Numbered from the stretch's first letter, positions 9,384 to 19,504 are shown. The stretch is 64,000 bases of DNA from a bacterium (GCA_031441465.1 JANOEP010000010.1:32001-96000); one strand, 5' to 3'. The notes: generated by a model not told the origin, from the sequence alone. A program made the numbers and translations.

Positions 9384-10694
9384 GTGGCGACCAGAACCGT
9401 GGTCATCGTCGGCCGCCCGAACGTGGGCAAGTCGACCCTGTTCAACAGGGTCATCGGCGAGCGCAGGTCGGTCGTCCACGAGACGCCCGGCGTGACGCGC
9501 GACCGCATCGCCGAACTGACCGACTGGGCCGGCCATTCCTTCCAACTGCTGGACACCGGCGGCATCATCCCGTTCGGCGAGGAAGCCACGCGCTTCGACA
9601 GCCTGGTGACCGAGATCGCCCACCTCGCGATCGCCGAGGCCGACGTGGTCATCTTCATGGTCGACGGCTCGGGCGGACTCTCCACCTGGGACGACAGCAT
9701 CGCCGTGCACCTGCGCCGCAGCGGCAAGCCGGTGGTGCTGGCCGTCAACAAGGTCGAGAAGGATCACCAGCGTTACGGCGCCGCGGACTTCTACCGGCTG
9801 GGCCTGGGCGAACCCCACTGCATCAGCGCCCTGCACGGCCTCGGCGTGGGGGACCTGCTCGACATGGTCGTGGCGGACTTCCCGGTCGGCCCCGAGCCCG
9901 AGCCCTGCGACATGAAGATCGCGATCCTCGGTCGCCCCAACGTCGGCAAGTCCAGCCTGCTCAATCTGCTGGTCGGGCGCCAGGAGGCCCTGGTCAGCGA
10001 GATCTCCGGCACCACGCGCGACGCCATCCACACCGACCTGCACTGGCACGGCCGCACCCTGCGCCTGATCGACACCGCGGGCCTGCGCCGCAAGTCGCGC
10101 GTCGAGGAGGCGATCGAGGTCTTCAGCAACATGCGCACCGTGCGCGCGCTGGAGGAGTGCGACGTCGCGGTGCTGATGGTCGACGCCACCGAGGGCACCG
10201 TCACCCAGGACGCCAAGATCGCCGGCCTGATCCACGACGCGGCCAAGGGGGTCGTGGTCGTCTTCAACAAGTGGGACCTGGTCGAGAAGGACCAGGCCAC
10301 GCACCTGAAGGTCTGGGACGACTTCTGCCAGGAAGTCCCCTTCCTCACCTACGCGCCGTGGTTCACGCTGTCGTCCCTGACGAAGCAGCGCTCGGGCCGC
10401 GTGCTGGAAATGGTGTGGGAGGTGTTCGAGCAGCGCTCCCTGCGCATCGACACCAGCGAGTTGAACACGTTCCTCGAGGGCATCATCCACAAGCAGCCGC
10501 CGCACTTCCACGGCGGCGGGACCGGCAAGGTCTACTTCGCGACCCAGGCTGAATCCTCGCCGCCGGCCATCGTGCTGTCGGTCAACAACCCGAAGTTCTT
10601 CGACCGCAGCTACCTGCGGTTCCTGAACAACCAGGTCCGTGAAGCCTACGGGTTCAAGGGCAACCGGATCTTCATCAAGACCAAGCGTCACTGA
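9384..10694 (+). CDS. der: Ribosome biogenesis GTPase Der (EngA)
   Basis: Two GTPase domains: GRPNVGKS x2, DTGG/DTAG, NKVE/NKWD; GTG start at 9384. Confidence 0.96.
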   Translation: MATRTVVIVGRPNVGKSTLFNRVIGERRSVVHETPGVTRDRIAELTDWAGHSFQLLDTGGIIPFGEEATRFDSLVTEIAHLAIAEADVVIFMVDGSGGLSTWDDSIAVHLRRSGKPVVLAVNKVEKDHQRYGAADFYRLGLGEPHCISALHGLGVGDLLDMVVADFPVGPEPEPCDMKIAILGRPNVGKSSLLNLLVGRQEALVSEISGTTRDAIHTDLHWHGRTLRLIDTAGLRRKSRVEEAIEVFSNMRTVRALEECDVAVLMVDATEGTVTQDAKIAGLIHDAAKGVVVVFNKWDLVEKDQATHLKVWDDFCQEVPFLTYAPWFTLSSLTKQRSGRVLEMVWEVFEQRSLRIDTSELNTFLEGIIHKQPPHFHGGGTGKVYFATQAESSPPAIVLSVNNPKFFDRSYLRFLNNQVREAYGFKGNRIFIKTKRH

Positions 10695-10707
10695 GGCGAG
10701 GGCGCCC

Positions 10708-11400
10708 ATGCTGCTGCTGCTGAGCCTGTTGCTGGCCTACCTGCTGGGCGCGGTGCCCTTCAGCTTCATCGTGGCGCGCGCCGTCCGCGGGATCGACCTG
10801 CGCCGGTACGGCAGCGGAAACCTCGGCGCCACGAACGTGTTCCGCGCCGTGGGGCCGCGCTGGGGCGTGCTGGTGTTCCTGCTGGACTTGGCCAAGGGCG
10901 CCGGCGCGGTGCTGATCATGTCGGCGGTGGCCGCCGGCTGGCCGCCGGACCAGGCGACGCCGCTGCACCTGTCGCCGGACCTGTGGCGCATCTTTGCCGG
11001 TTTCGTCGCTTCGCTCGGGCACACCCTGTCGCCCTTCGTGAGTTGGCACGGCGGCAAGGGCGTGGCCACGACCTGCGGGGCGTTCTTCGTGCTGGCGCCT
11101 TATCCCACGCTCATCGCCCTGGGCGTCTTTTTCCTGGTGCTGGCGCTGCGCCGCATCATTTCGCTGGCCAGCATCAGCGCGGCGGTGGTCCTGCCGTTCA
11201 CCGTCACCTTTTTCGAGTGGCGCTCGGAGCATTTCTCACGCACCATCACCGTCTTCGCCTTTCTGATCTGCACCTGGGTTGTGTTCCGCCACCGCACGAA
11301 CATCCGCCGCCTGCGCGCCGGCACCGAAGCGGCCATCGGCGCCAAGCCCCGTCAGGATTCGGACCAGGCGTCCGGCAGCGCGGCGAAGGAGCAGCCGTGA
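10708..11400 (+). CDS. plsY: Glycerol-3-phosphate acyltransferase PlsY
   Basis: YLLGAVPF, GSGNLGATNVFR, DLAKG, GHT, GGKGVAT, RHRTNIRRL. Confidence 0.95.
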   Translation: MLLLLSLLLAYLLGAVPFSFIVARAVRGIDLRRYGSGNLGATNVFRAVGPRWGVLVFLLDLAKGAGAVLIMSAVAAGWPPDQATPLHLSPDLWRIFAGFVASLGHTLSPFVSWHGGKGVATTCGAFFVLAPYPTLIALGVFFLVLALRRIISLASISAAVVLPFTVTFFEWRSEHFSRTITVFAFLICTWVVFRHRTNIRRLRAGTEAAIGAKPRQDSDQASGSAAKEQP

Positions 11401-12410
11401 AGGCGGCCATCCTGGGCACCGGCAGCTGGGGGACGGGCTTCGGTCGCCACCTGGCCTCGCTGTGGGACGACGTCGTGCTGTGGGGCGTCGAGCCGGCGCA
11501 GGTCGACGCCATCGCCACGACCCACACCAACCCCGATTATTTCCCCGGCCTGCTGTTGCCGGCGAACCTGACGGCCACCTTGGACCTCACCGCGGCGGTC
11601 GCCGGGGCCGACGCGGTCTTCATCGTGCTGCCCAGCCAGGCGGTGCGCCCCACGGCGGCCCGGCTGCGCGCCTGCAACCTGCGCTCGGGCTGCCCGATCG
11701 TGTGCCTGAGCAAGGGCCTGGAACTCGATACGCTCAAGCGCCTCAGCACGGTCCTGGAAGAGGAACTCGGCCACGACGCCGCCGGCGAGCCGCACCAGAT
11801 CGGCGTGCTGCTCGGCCCTAGTCACGCCGAGGAGGTCGTGTTGGGCATGCCCACGGCCCTGGTGCTGGCGGGCCGCGGCGATGGCTGGCACGCCCTGCAG
11901 AACCGATTGGCCGGCCCCACGCTGCGTGTCTACACGAACCACGACCTGATCGGGGTGGAGATCGCCGCCGCCTTCAAGAACGTCATCGCCATCGCGGTGG
12001 GCATGTGCGACGGGCTGGGGTACGGCGACAACACGCGCGGCGCGGTCATGACCCGCGGCCTGAAGGAGCTGGCCCGCCTGGGCATCGCCCTGGGAGGTCG
12101 CTTCGAGACCTTCTACGGTCTGTCCGGGATCGGCGACCTCATCACCACCTGCACGAGCCGCCACTCCCGCAATCGGAACTTCGGCGAGGCGGTGGCCCGC
12201 GGCGACCAGGACCCGCAGGAGATCCTGCGCGACGCCAAGCAGGTCGTCGAGGGCGCCGTGATGACGCAGGCCGCATTGAAGTTGAGCACGAAGCATCAGA
12301 TAGAACTTCCTATCACACAGGAAGTTCACCGTGTGCTATATTCCGGGAAGACCGCCGCCCAGGCCATGCAGGACCTGATGGAGCGGACCCTGCGTTCCGA
12401 GTTGGAGTGA
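11397..12410 (+). CDS. gpsA: NAD(P)H-dependent glycerol-3-phosphate dehydrogenase
   Basis: GTGSWGT, SKGLE, GPSHAEEV, KNVIAIA, GDLITTCTSRHSRNR; GTG start overlaps plsY stop. Confidence 0.96.
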   Translation: MKAAILGTGSWGTGFGRHLASLWDDVVLWGVEPAQVDAIATTHTNPDYFPGLLLPANLTATLDLTAAVAGADAVFIVLPSQAVRPTAARLRACNLRSGCPIVCLSKGLELDTLKRLSTVLEEELGHDAAGEPHQIGVLLGPSHAEEVVLGMPTALVLAGRGDGWHALQNRLAGPTLRVYTNHDLIGVEIAAAFKNVIAIAVGMCDGLGYGDNTRGAVMTRGLKELARLGIALGGRFETFYGLSGIGDLITTCTSRHSRNRNFGEAVARGDQDPQEILRDAKQVVEGAVMTQAALKLSTKHQIELPITQEVHRVLYSGKTAAQAMQDLMERTLRSELE

Positions 12411-12423
12411 CTGCACGGGGGGG

Positions 12424-12819
12424 ATGATCGTGGCCGATCTGCCCGACAAGCTCTACTACTCGATCCGCGAGATCGCCGAACATACCGGCGTCGAGCCGCA
12501 CGTCCTGCGCTACTGGGAGACCGAATTCCCCACGCTGCGCCCCAAGCGGGCCCGTTCCGGCGCACGCACCTACCGGCGCCGCGACGTCGAGGAAATCCAG
12601 CTGATCCGTCGTCTCCTGCACGAGCAGGGCTACCGGATCGAGGGCGCGCGCAAGTTCCTGCGCGAGCGTCGCCAGCCCCAGGAATCGCCGGCCCCCGATC
12701 AGATCCGCGACGACATGTTCGTCGCCCAGGAACGCGCCGCCCGGTTGCAGGGGGTGCGCGCGGGACTGCGCGACGTGCTGGTCCTGCTGGCGGCGATGAA
12801 GGAACCCGCGAAGCCCTGA
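12424..12819 (+). CDS. MerR-family HTH regulator
   Basis: PDKLYYSIREIAE...PHVLRYWETEF...GARTYRRRD; family usually found next to tRNA-Pro(GGG). Confidence 0.9.
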   Translation: MIVADLPDKLYYSIREIAEHTGVEPHVLRYWETEFPTLRPKRARSGARTYRRRDVEEIQLIRRLLHEQGYRIEGARKFLRERRQPQESPAPDQIRDDMFVAQERAARLQGVRAGLRDVLVLLAAMKEPAKP

Positions 12820-12920
12820 AGACCGCAGATTTCCCGCGGCGCAATCAGCCTTGTTCCGGCCGGAGTCCCGTATTAGATTGTCCGTTCGCCCGGGCCGGTT
12901 CCCGGGTCCGTTTTCTCGGT

Positions 12921-12997
12921 CGGGCCGTAGCGCAGCCCGGTAGCGCACTTGCATGGGGGGCAAGGGGTCGGCGGTTCAAATCCGCCCGGCCCGACCA
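12921..12997 (+). tRNA. tRNA-Pro (GGG)
   Basis: Acceptor CGGGCCG/CGGCCCG, anticodon arm CTTGC-ATGGGGG-GCAAG, T-arm GGTTCAAATCC, encoded CCA. Confidence 0.95.
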
Positions 12998-13150
12998 GTT
13001 TTCTCGGACGATGTCGACCCCCGGGTTTTCGTCAAGAGCAGGGGTTTCGGGTCTACCCGGAACCCCTGCTTTGTCATCTCTTCGCTTTTCCCGTCGCCCG
13101 CGGGGTGCCATCATGCACCCGCCACCGATCCCCGAACCGGAGAAAGCCCG

Positions 13151-14056
13151 TTGCACGACCCGCGGCCACCACGCGTTCCCTTCGGCTACCGCACCAGCGC
13201 GTTCTGGTACGCGCTCGGGGCGCGCATCGCCGTCAGCGCGCCGCGCGGCGGCGTCCGCTGGGCGGCGAGGCGGGTGGGGGACTGGTACGGTTGGACCCAC
13301 CCCGGCGTGCGGCGGACCGTGGCCCGGCAGCTGGCGCTGGCGGACCGGTCCCGCGGGGACGGCCGGCACACCTCGGTGCAACGGCCGTTCCGGGAGTTCA
13401 GCGAGACGGTCGCGGATTTCCTGCGCCTGGCCGGCGGCCGCGGCGAGCAGATCGTCGCGGAGATCGAGGTGACCGGCCTCGAACACCTGCAGCGCTGCCA
13501 GCAGAGCGGCACCGGCGTCATCTTCCTCAGCGCCCACATGGGCAACTGGGAAGCGATCGGCGCCTGGGGCGCGTCGCAGGGTCTGCGCGTGCTGGGCGTG
13601 GCGCGCCCGCACCCGAGCCCGCGCGTGGACGACTTCTTCAACGCGGCCAGGCGCCGCTTCGGCCTGGCGGTGTTCCCCTTGGGCGGCGACCCGCTCCTGC
13701 TCGCCGAGCACCTGCAGAGCGGCGGCGTGGTGGCCATCGTCGGGGATCGCGACTTCACCGGCCGCGGCGCCGAGGTCCCCTTCCTGGGCGCCCGCACGCG
13801 GCTGCCTCAGGGCTGGACCCGCCTCGCGCAGTCGACCGGCGCCTGGGTCCTGCCGGGTCGCCACCGTCGCCATTCCGAAAACGGTCGTCGCGTCTCGAGG
13901 TTGGAATTCTGGGAACCCTGGCGCGTCGCGCCGGGGGAGGCGGGCGCCGCCGAAGCCTTCCACCGCGGGGCGGCGTTCCTCGAGGAGCTGATCCGTGAGG
14001 ACCCCGGCGCCTGGACCGTCTTCGACCCCGTGCTGCTGGGAGGTCGCCCGCAGTGA
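13151..14056 (+). CDS. Lipid A / lysophospholipid acyltransferase (LpxL/HtrB/PIM acyltransferase family)
   Basis: SAHMGNWE (HxxxxE), AIVGDRDF, EVPFLG, EELIREDPGAW; TTG start after GGAG is an estimate. Confidence 0.85.
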   Translation: MHDPRPPRVPFGYRTSAFWYALGARIAVSAPRGGVRWAARRVGDWYGWTHPGVRRTVARQLALADRSRGDGRHTSVQRPFREFSETVADFLRLAGGRGEQIVAEIEVTGLEHLQRCQQSGTGVIFLSAHMGNWEAIGAWGASQGLRVLGVARPHPSPRVDDFFNAARRRFGLAVFPLGGDPLLLAEHLQSGGVVAIVGDRDFTGRGAEVPFLGARTRLPQGWTRLAQSTGAWVLPGRHRRHSENGRRVSRLEFWEPWRVAPGEAGAAEAFHRGAAFLEELIREDPGAWTVFDPVLLGGRPQ

Positions 14057-14742
14057 ACGACGTCGGCGTGATCCTGCCCGCGTTGAACGCGGCGCGTTTC
14101 TTGGGCCCGTTGATCGCGGAGATCCGCGCCCTGCACCCGTTGCTGCAGCTGCTCGTGGTCGACGACGGCAGCAGCGACGGCACGGCCCAGGCCGCGCGCG
14201 ACGCCGGCGCCGAGGTCGCGGTCCATCCCGAGAATCGCGGCAAGGGCGCCGCCCTGCAGACCGGCTTCGCCTGGGCCCGCGACCACGGCTGGGAGTGGGC
14301 CTTCACCATGGACGCCGACGGCCAGCACCTGCCCCGCGAGATGCAGGCCTTCCTCGACGCCGCGCAGGCCCAGGGCCTGGACGTTGTGGTCGGCACGCGC
14401 ATGGACCGCACCGCGGACATGCCCTGGCTCCGCAAGGCGACCAACGTCGTCACCAGCAGGGTCGTGAGCCGCCTCGCGGGCGTGCGCATCCCCGACTCCC
14501 AGAACGGCTTTCGCCTGTTCCGGGTCGCGGCGCTGCGGGACCTGCGCGTCACGACCAGCCGCTACGATTTCGAGAGCGAGGTGCTGGTGCGCCTGGCCCG
14601 GCGCGGCGCCCGCCTCGGCTCGGTCCCGACCACCACGGTCTACGGCGAGGAACGCAGCGCCATCCACCCCCTGCGCGACACCGTGCGGTTCTTCCGCCTG
14701 GTGCGTCGCCTGAGCCGCACCCGCGAACAGGAGCGTCCATGA
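14053..14742 (+). CDS. Glycosyltransferase family 2 (DPM1-like)
   Basis: VILPALN, VVDDGSSDGT, NRGKGAAL, MDADGQH, DSQNGFR. Confidence 0.92.
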   Translation: MNDVGVILPALNAARFLGPLIAEIRALHPLLQLLVVDDGSSDGTAQAARDAGAEVAVHPENRGKGAALQTGFAWARDHGWEWAFTMDADGQHLPREMQAFLDAAQAQGLDVVVGTRMDRTADMPWLRKATNVVTSRVVSRLAGVRIPDSQNGFRLFRVAALRDLRVTTSRYDFESEVLVRLARRGARLGSVPTTTVYGEERSAIHPLRDTVRFFRLVRRLSRTREQERP

Positions 14743-15524
14743 CCCGCCACATCCTGCTGAGCAACGACGACGGCATCGAGGCCCACGGCCTGAATCTCCT
14801 GGCCCGCGTCCTGGCCGAACGCCACGACGTGCGCGTGAGCATCGTGGCGCCCTCGGAGCAGCAAAGCGCCTCGAGCCACTCGCTGACCATCCGCAACCCG
14901 ATCCGCGTGCTCGACTGCGGGCCGGGACGCTGGGCGGTCACCGGCACGCCCACCGACAGCGTGCTGATCGCGATCGAGCACATCCTGCGCGACGACCCGC
15001 CCGACCTGGTCATCAGCGGCATCAACCATGGTGCGAACATGGGGGAGGACGTCACCTACTCCGGCACCGTGGCCGCCGCCCTCGAGGGTGCGATCCTGGG
15101 CTTCCCCAGCTACGCCCTGTCCTGCGCCTCCTGGCACCCGCGCGACTGGGGCGCGGCGGAAGCCTTCGTGCGCCACCATCTGGACGACCTGCTGGCGGCC
15201 CCCCTGCCGAGCAACGCCCTGCTGAACGTGAACATCCCGGACCTCCCGGCCGCCGAGGTGCGCGGCATCCGCACCTGCCCGCTGGGCAGTCGCCGCTACA
15301 AGGACGTCATCACCGAGCAGACCGACCCGCGCGGCCGCCCCTACCTGTGGATCGGCGGGCGCGGCCCCACCTGGGAGCAGATCCCCGACACCGACGCCGT
15401 GCTGCTGCAGCAGGGGTACGTGGTGATCACCCCGCTGCGCGTCGACCTGACGCACGCCGAGCTGCTGGCCGGGCTGGGCGGACTGGACCGCGCCGGGCCG
15501 CTCGGAGCGGCGGCGGGGGCGTGA
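14739..15524 (+). CDS. surE: 5'/3'-nucleotidase SurE
   Basis: ILLSNDDGI, QSASSHSLT, GTPTD, SGINHGANMG, YSGTVAAALEG. Confidence 0.96.
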   Translation: MTRHILLSNDDGIEAHGLNLLARVLAERHDVRVSIVAPSEQQSASSHSLTIRNPIRVLDCGPGRWAVTGTPTDSVLIAIEHILRDDPPDLVISGINHGANMGEDVTYSGTVAAALEGAILGFPSYALSCASWHPRDWGAAEAFVRHHLDDLLAAPLPSNALLNVNIPDLPAAEVRGIRTCPLGSRRYKDVITEQTDPRGRPYLWIGGRGPTWEQIPDTDAVLLQQGYVVITPLRVDLTHAELLAGLGGLDRAGPLGAAAGA

Positions 15525-16174
15525 TGAAGGACTACGCCGTCGCCCGCCGACGCATGGTCGACGAGCAGATCCGCGACGCCGGCATCACCGACCCGGCCGT
15601 CCTGGCCGCGATGCGCGCGGTGCCCCGCCACCGCTTCGTGCCCCGCCTGCTGCACCACCGCGCCTACCAGGGCTGCGCCCTGCCCATCGGCCACGGCCAG
15701 ACCATCAGCCAGCCCTTCATCGTGGGCCTGATGACCGCCTTGCTGGAACTCAAGGGCGACGAACGGGTCCTGGAGGTGGGCACCGGTTCGGGCTACCAGG
15801 CGGCGATCCTGTCCCGCCTGGCCCGCGAGGTGGTCAGCGTCGAACGCATCGAGGCCCTGGCCCTGCGGGCCGCCAGGACGCTGGAGGACCTGGGTTGCAC
15901 CAACGTCGCGATCCGGGCCGCCGACGGCGGCTCCGGCCAACCCGAGGCCGGCCCCTTCGACGCCGTCATGGTGACGGCCTGCCCGCCGCGCTTGCCGTCC
16001 CTGCTCTTCCACGAGCTGCGCGAAGGCGGGGTCCTGGTCCTGCCGATCGGGGACGACGACGAGCAGATCCTGTACCGGTACCGCAAAGTGGGTGGGGAGC
16101 CGATCGTGGAACGCTCGGTGGCCTGCCGGTTCGTGCCGATGCTGGCCGGGGTGCAGAGGCTCGACGGGGAATGA
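15524..16174 (+). CDS. pcm: Protein-L-isoaspartate O-methyltransferase
   Basis: VPRHRFV, LPIGHGQTISQP, VLEVGTGSGYQAA, GPFDAVMVTA, CRFVP; follows surE. Confidence 0.96.
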   Translation: MKDYAVARRRMVDEQIRDAGITDPAVLAAMRAVPRHRFVPRLLHHRAYQGCALPIGHGQTISQPFIVGLMTALLELKGDERVLEVGTGSGYQAAILSRLAREVVSVERIEALALRAARTLEDLGCTNVAIRAADGGSGQPEAGPFDAVMVTACPPRLPSLLFHELREGGVLVLPIGDDDEQILYRYRKVGGEPIVERSVACRFVPMLAGVQRLDGE

Positions 16175-16279
16175 GGCGGGAACCTCTCCTTGCGTTTCCG
16201 GGGCCGGTGGTGCATCTTGTGCGTCTGTTTCGCGGGTCGCCGACCGAGATCGGCTGTGGCCGCGGACCGCAGATCAGGT

Positions 16280-16356
<77 letters not shown>

Positions 16357-16372
16357 CTAACTAATGAAAAAG

Positions 16373-16406
16373 AAACGGGTTGCTGATCTGGTGGCCCGTT
16401 TTTTTT
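16373..16406 (+). terminator. Intrinsic terminator after tRNA-Pro(CGG)
   Basis: AAACGGG...CCCGTTT stem with G-U pairs followed by a long T run. Confidence 0.7.
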
Positions 16407-16556
16407 ATTTCACCTTGTGTCAGTAAGTCACCATTAAGTCTACCCAATGATCTCACTGTTGAACGGTGCCGTTCCCTCGGGTTGCTAGCTGCAGGCGATG
16501 GACAACTGCGACTATTCAAACGACGGGACGAATGATATTCTCGCAAGGCGCTACAG

Positions 16557-16772
16557 TTGCATGGAATTGGTCCTGCATCGCGAGGGCCGCCATTCATGTC
16601 CCAGGTTGTTACCGTGCCATATGTCGTGAATTCATCCAAGTCCCCGGACAACGCGACCATGGTATCTCTGATGCCGGGCGAAGTCGACGCGATGGAGCCA
16701 CTCCACGCAACCGACGTCGGCGATGCCTCCGCCGATGACTTCGACACCAGCACCGAGGCTACCGACACATGA
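16557..16772 (+). pseudogene. Short acidic ORF, possibly the C-terminal remnant of a deleted gene (HsdS-tail-like)
   Basis: Stop overlaps next start (ATGA); acidic tail 'PGEVDAMEPLHATDVGDASADDFDTSTEATDT'; in-frame stop at 16533 closes the frame upstream. Confidence 0.25.
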
Positions 16773-18439
16773 GCAGTGGAGAGTACATTTCCCTCATCGA
16801 CAATCTCCGCGCGTCGCCCACGGAAACGGAGTGGCTCGAGTTCAAATGCAGCCGCTGCGAACCACAAGAGCTCGGCGAGTATATATCTGCCCTCGCCAAT
16901 ACCGCCTGTCTCGAGAACCGGCCTCGCGCTTATCTGGTGTTCGGCATCGACAACGTGTCACATGCAGTCGTCGGCACCAGCTACGATCCCTATACAACCA
17001 AAGGCAAAGGCAACCAGGATCTGCTTCCCTGGCTCAGCGCAGGATTACGCCCTAACACAGGTTTCGAAATGCACATCGTCGAACATCCGGATGGGCGGGT
17101 CGTCCTATTTGAGATCGGTCCAGCTAAGAACCAACCGGTCGTCTTCCAAGGCACAGCACATATACGCATCGGAACTAGCAAAACCGAACTCCGTAAGCAT
17201 CCTGAAAAGGAGCGTGCGCTTTGGACACGAGGAATCGACTGGTCGGCAGAAGTGTGCAGGAAGGCCTCGCTGGAGGATCTCGACCCGGAGGCCGTGGCCA
17301 AGGCACGCGAACAGTTTGTCGTCAAGCATCCCAGCCAAACTGCTGCTGTAACCGACTGGGACGATCGCACGTTCCTCAACAAGGCACGGATCCTGAAACA
17401 AGGCGCCGTGTCGCATGCCGCGCTCCTGCTGCTCGGCCGCACCGAATCGGCATCGCTCCTGTCGCCGGTGGTGGCCAAAATATCATGGATTCTCAAGGAC
17501 GCTGAGAACCGAGAACTCGACTATGAACACATCGGCCCGCCGTTTCTGCTCGTCGGTGACCGCCTTCTCAGACGAATTCGCAATCTCAATGTGCGCGCAC
17601 TGCCGAGCGGTACTCTGTTCCCCCATGAGATTGCGCAATACGACCCCTGGGTGATCCGCGAGGCCTTGCACAATGCTATTGCGCACCAGGACTACCACAA
17701 GCATGGTCGCATCGTTGTGGTCGAGTTTCCGGATCGGGTGCTTGTGACCAACGAAGGGGATTTTCTTCCGGGTGACGTCGAGACCGTCATCCGACAAGAC
17801 GCACCGCAGGCACTTTACCGCAACCCGTTTCTGGCTGACGCGATGGTCGAACTGAACCTGATCGACACCCAGGGCGGCGGGATCAAGCGTATGTTCGAGA
17901 CACAGCGACGGCGCTCGTTCCCGCTGCCGGACTACGACCTGAGCGTGCCGAGTCACATAGTTGTGAGCGTTACCGGACGGATCCTCAATGAGCGCTACAC
18001 CCGACTATTGATGGAACGTACGGATCTTGATCTGTGGCAGGTCATGTTGCTCGACCGTGTGCAGAAAGGGCTTTCCATCAGCCGGGATCAGCATCGCCAG
18101 TTGAAGTCTACTGGGCTAGTCGAGGGCCGCTTTCCTAACCTCATCGTGGCCGCGGCAGTCGCGAAAGCGACGGGCGAGGCGGGCCGGCACATCCGCGAAC
18201 GGGGACTCGACAAGCAATACTATCTGGACCTGATACTGGCGTTGATCGCAGGGCACGGTCCTGTCGACCGCAGAGACGTCGATGAAGTTTTGGTATCGAA
18301 ACTCCCGGATCGACTCACTCCGGAGCAGAAACGCCGAAAGGTGAGGAATCTCCTCCAGGAGCTTAGACGAACCGATAAGATCCTCAATCTGGGGAGCCGT
18401 TCCCGTCCCCGGTGGTCCGTTCCGAAGCCCCGGCCTTGA
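16769..18439 (+). CDS. Schlafen/AlbA_2 domain + HATPase_c_4-type ATP-binding domain + C-terminal winged HTH protein
   Basis: ETEWLEFK...ISALAN...YLVFGID (AlbA_2); IREALHNAIAHQDY, NEGDF, YRNPFLADAMVELNLIDTQGGGIKRMF; GC visibly lower than flanks. Confidence 0.88.
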   Translation: MSSGEYISLIDNLRASPTETEWLEFKCSRCEPQELGEYISALANTACLENRPRAYLVFGIDNVSHAVVGTSYDPYTTKGKGNQDLLPWLSAGLRPNTGFEMHIVEHPDGRVVLFEIGPAKNQPVVFQGTAHIRIGTSKTELRKHPEKERALWTRGIDWSAEVCRKASLEDLDPEAVAKAREQFVVKHPSQTAAVTDWDDRTFLNKARILKQGAVSHAALLLLGRTESASLLSPVVAKISWILKDAENRELDYEHIGPPFLLVGDRLLRRIRNLNVRALPSGTLFPHEIAQYDPWVIREALHNAIAHQDYHKHGRIVVVEFPDRVLVTNEGDFLPGDVETVIRQDAPQALYRNPFLADAMVELNLIDTQGGGIKRMFETQRRRSFPLPDYDLSVPSHIVVSVTGRILNERYTRLLMERTDLDLWQVMLLDRVQKGLSISRDQHRQLKSTGLVEGRFPNLIVAAAVAKATGEAGRHIRERGLDKQYYLDLILALIAGHGPVDRRDVDEVLVSKLPDRLTPEQKRRKVRNLLQELRRTDKILNLGSRSRPRWSVPKPRP

Positions 18440-18775
18440 TCGAGACAAGAATTCAGCCGGCCAAGACAAGCCATGGATGCCAACGAACATTGCAACAATT
18501 TGGTACACATAAAGTTACGTTATCCAGGCGGGCGCAGATATTCATGTGATTAAGACAAGACTGTTGGCAAGCCCCGGCTTCGTTTGATGTATGGGCCGCG
18601 TATAGGGGTGCTCTTGACCAGGATAGTGGAGATGATGTTCAATTTTCGATTCACGGGCATGGTTGTCGGGTGTTGCTCATTTAGCGTGATTTCCGGTGCC
18701 ATCTGACCGGGTGTGTCGGATTAGTGATCGGGCCAACAATCCAGAACGGACCTTGACCCAAGGAAAGCTATTGCA

Positions 18776-19504
18776 ATGATCCATCTCAACTCCCTGACCC
18801 GCCGTTTCGCCGCCCTGACCGCCGTGGACTCTCTCACCGCCGCCATCCCAGCCGGCGCCATCACCGCGCTGCTCGGGCCCAACGGCGCCGGCAAGACCAC
18901 CACCCTGAATATGCTGACCACTCTGCTCGACCCCAGCGAGGGAACCGCGACGGTGGCCGGTCACGACATCCGCACCGACGGCCCCGCCGTCCGCCGCGCC
19001 ATCGGTTACGTGCCGGAGCACGGCGCGGTCTACGAAGGCCTGTCGGCCGACGAGTACCTCGACCTGTCCGGCCGCATCCGCGGCCTGTCGTCCGACGAGA
19101 TCCACCACCGCGCCACCCCCTTGCTTGATCGCTTCGACGTCGCTGAAGCCCGCAGCCGTCGCCTGGGCACCTTCAGCAAGGGCATGCTGCGCAAGATCCT
19201 GGTCACCGCCGCCCTGCTGCATCGACCCGCCGTGCTGTTCCTGGACGAGCCCATGGACGGCCTGGATGTCCGCAGCCAGAAGGAGCTGGCCGACCTGCTC
19301 GCGGAACTGGCGGCCGGCGGTACGTGCATCGTCTACTCCAGCCACGTCCTGCAGCAGGTCGAGGAGGTCTGCTCGCGCGTGCTGCTGATCCACGCGGGGC
19401 GGCTGCGCTGGGAGGGTTCGCTGGCGGATCTCCAGGCGGCCCACGCCGGTCATGACCTGCGCGACATCTTCCTCGAGCTGACCGCCGACGGGACCGCCCC
19501 GTGA
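18776..19504 (+). CDS. ABC transporter ATP-binding protein (ABC-2 exporter type)
   Basis: GPNGAGKTT, FSKGM signature, LFLDEP, SSH switch. Confidence 0.93.
   Translation: MIHLNSLTRRFAALTAVDSLTAAIPAGAITALLGPNGAGKTTTLNMLTTLLDPSEGTATVAGHDIRTDGPAVRRAIGYVPEHGAVYEGLSADEYLDLSGRIRGLSSDEIHHRATPLLDRFDVAEARSRRLGTFSKGMLRKILVTAALLHRPAVLFLDEPMDGLDVRSQKELADLLAELAAGGTCIVYSSHVLQQVEEVCSRVLLIHAGRLRWEGSLADLQAAHAGHDLRDIFLELTADGTAP

Noticed and set aside
12953..12960. tRNA-Pro(GGG) with G38 rather than the usual U38
   Set aside because: Lies in a six-G run prone to error, and position 38 is variable; too weak to report
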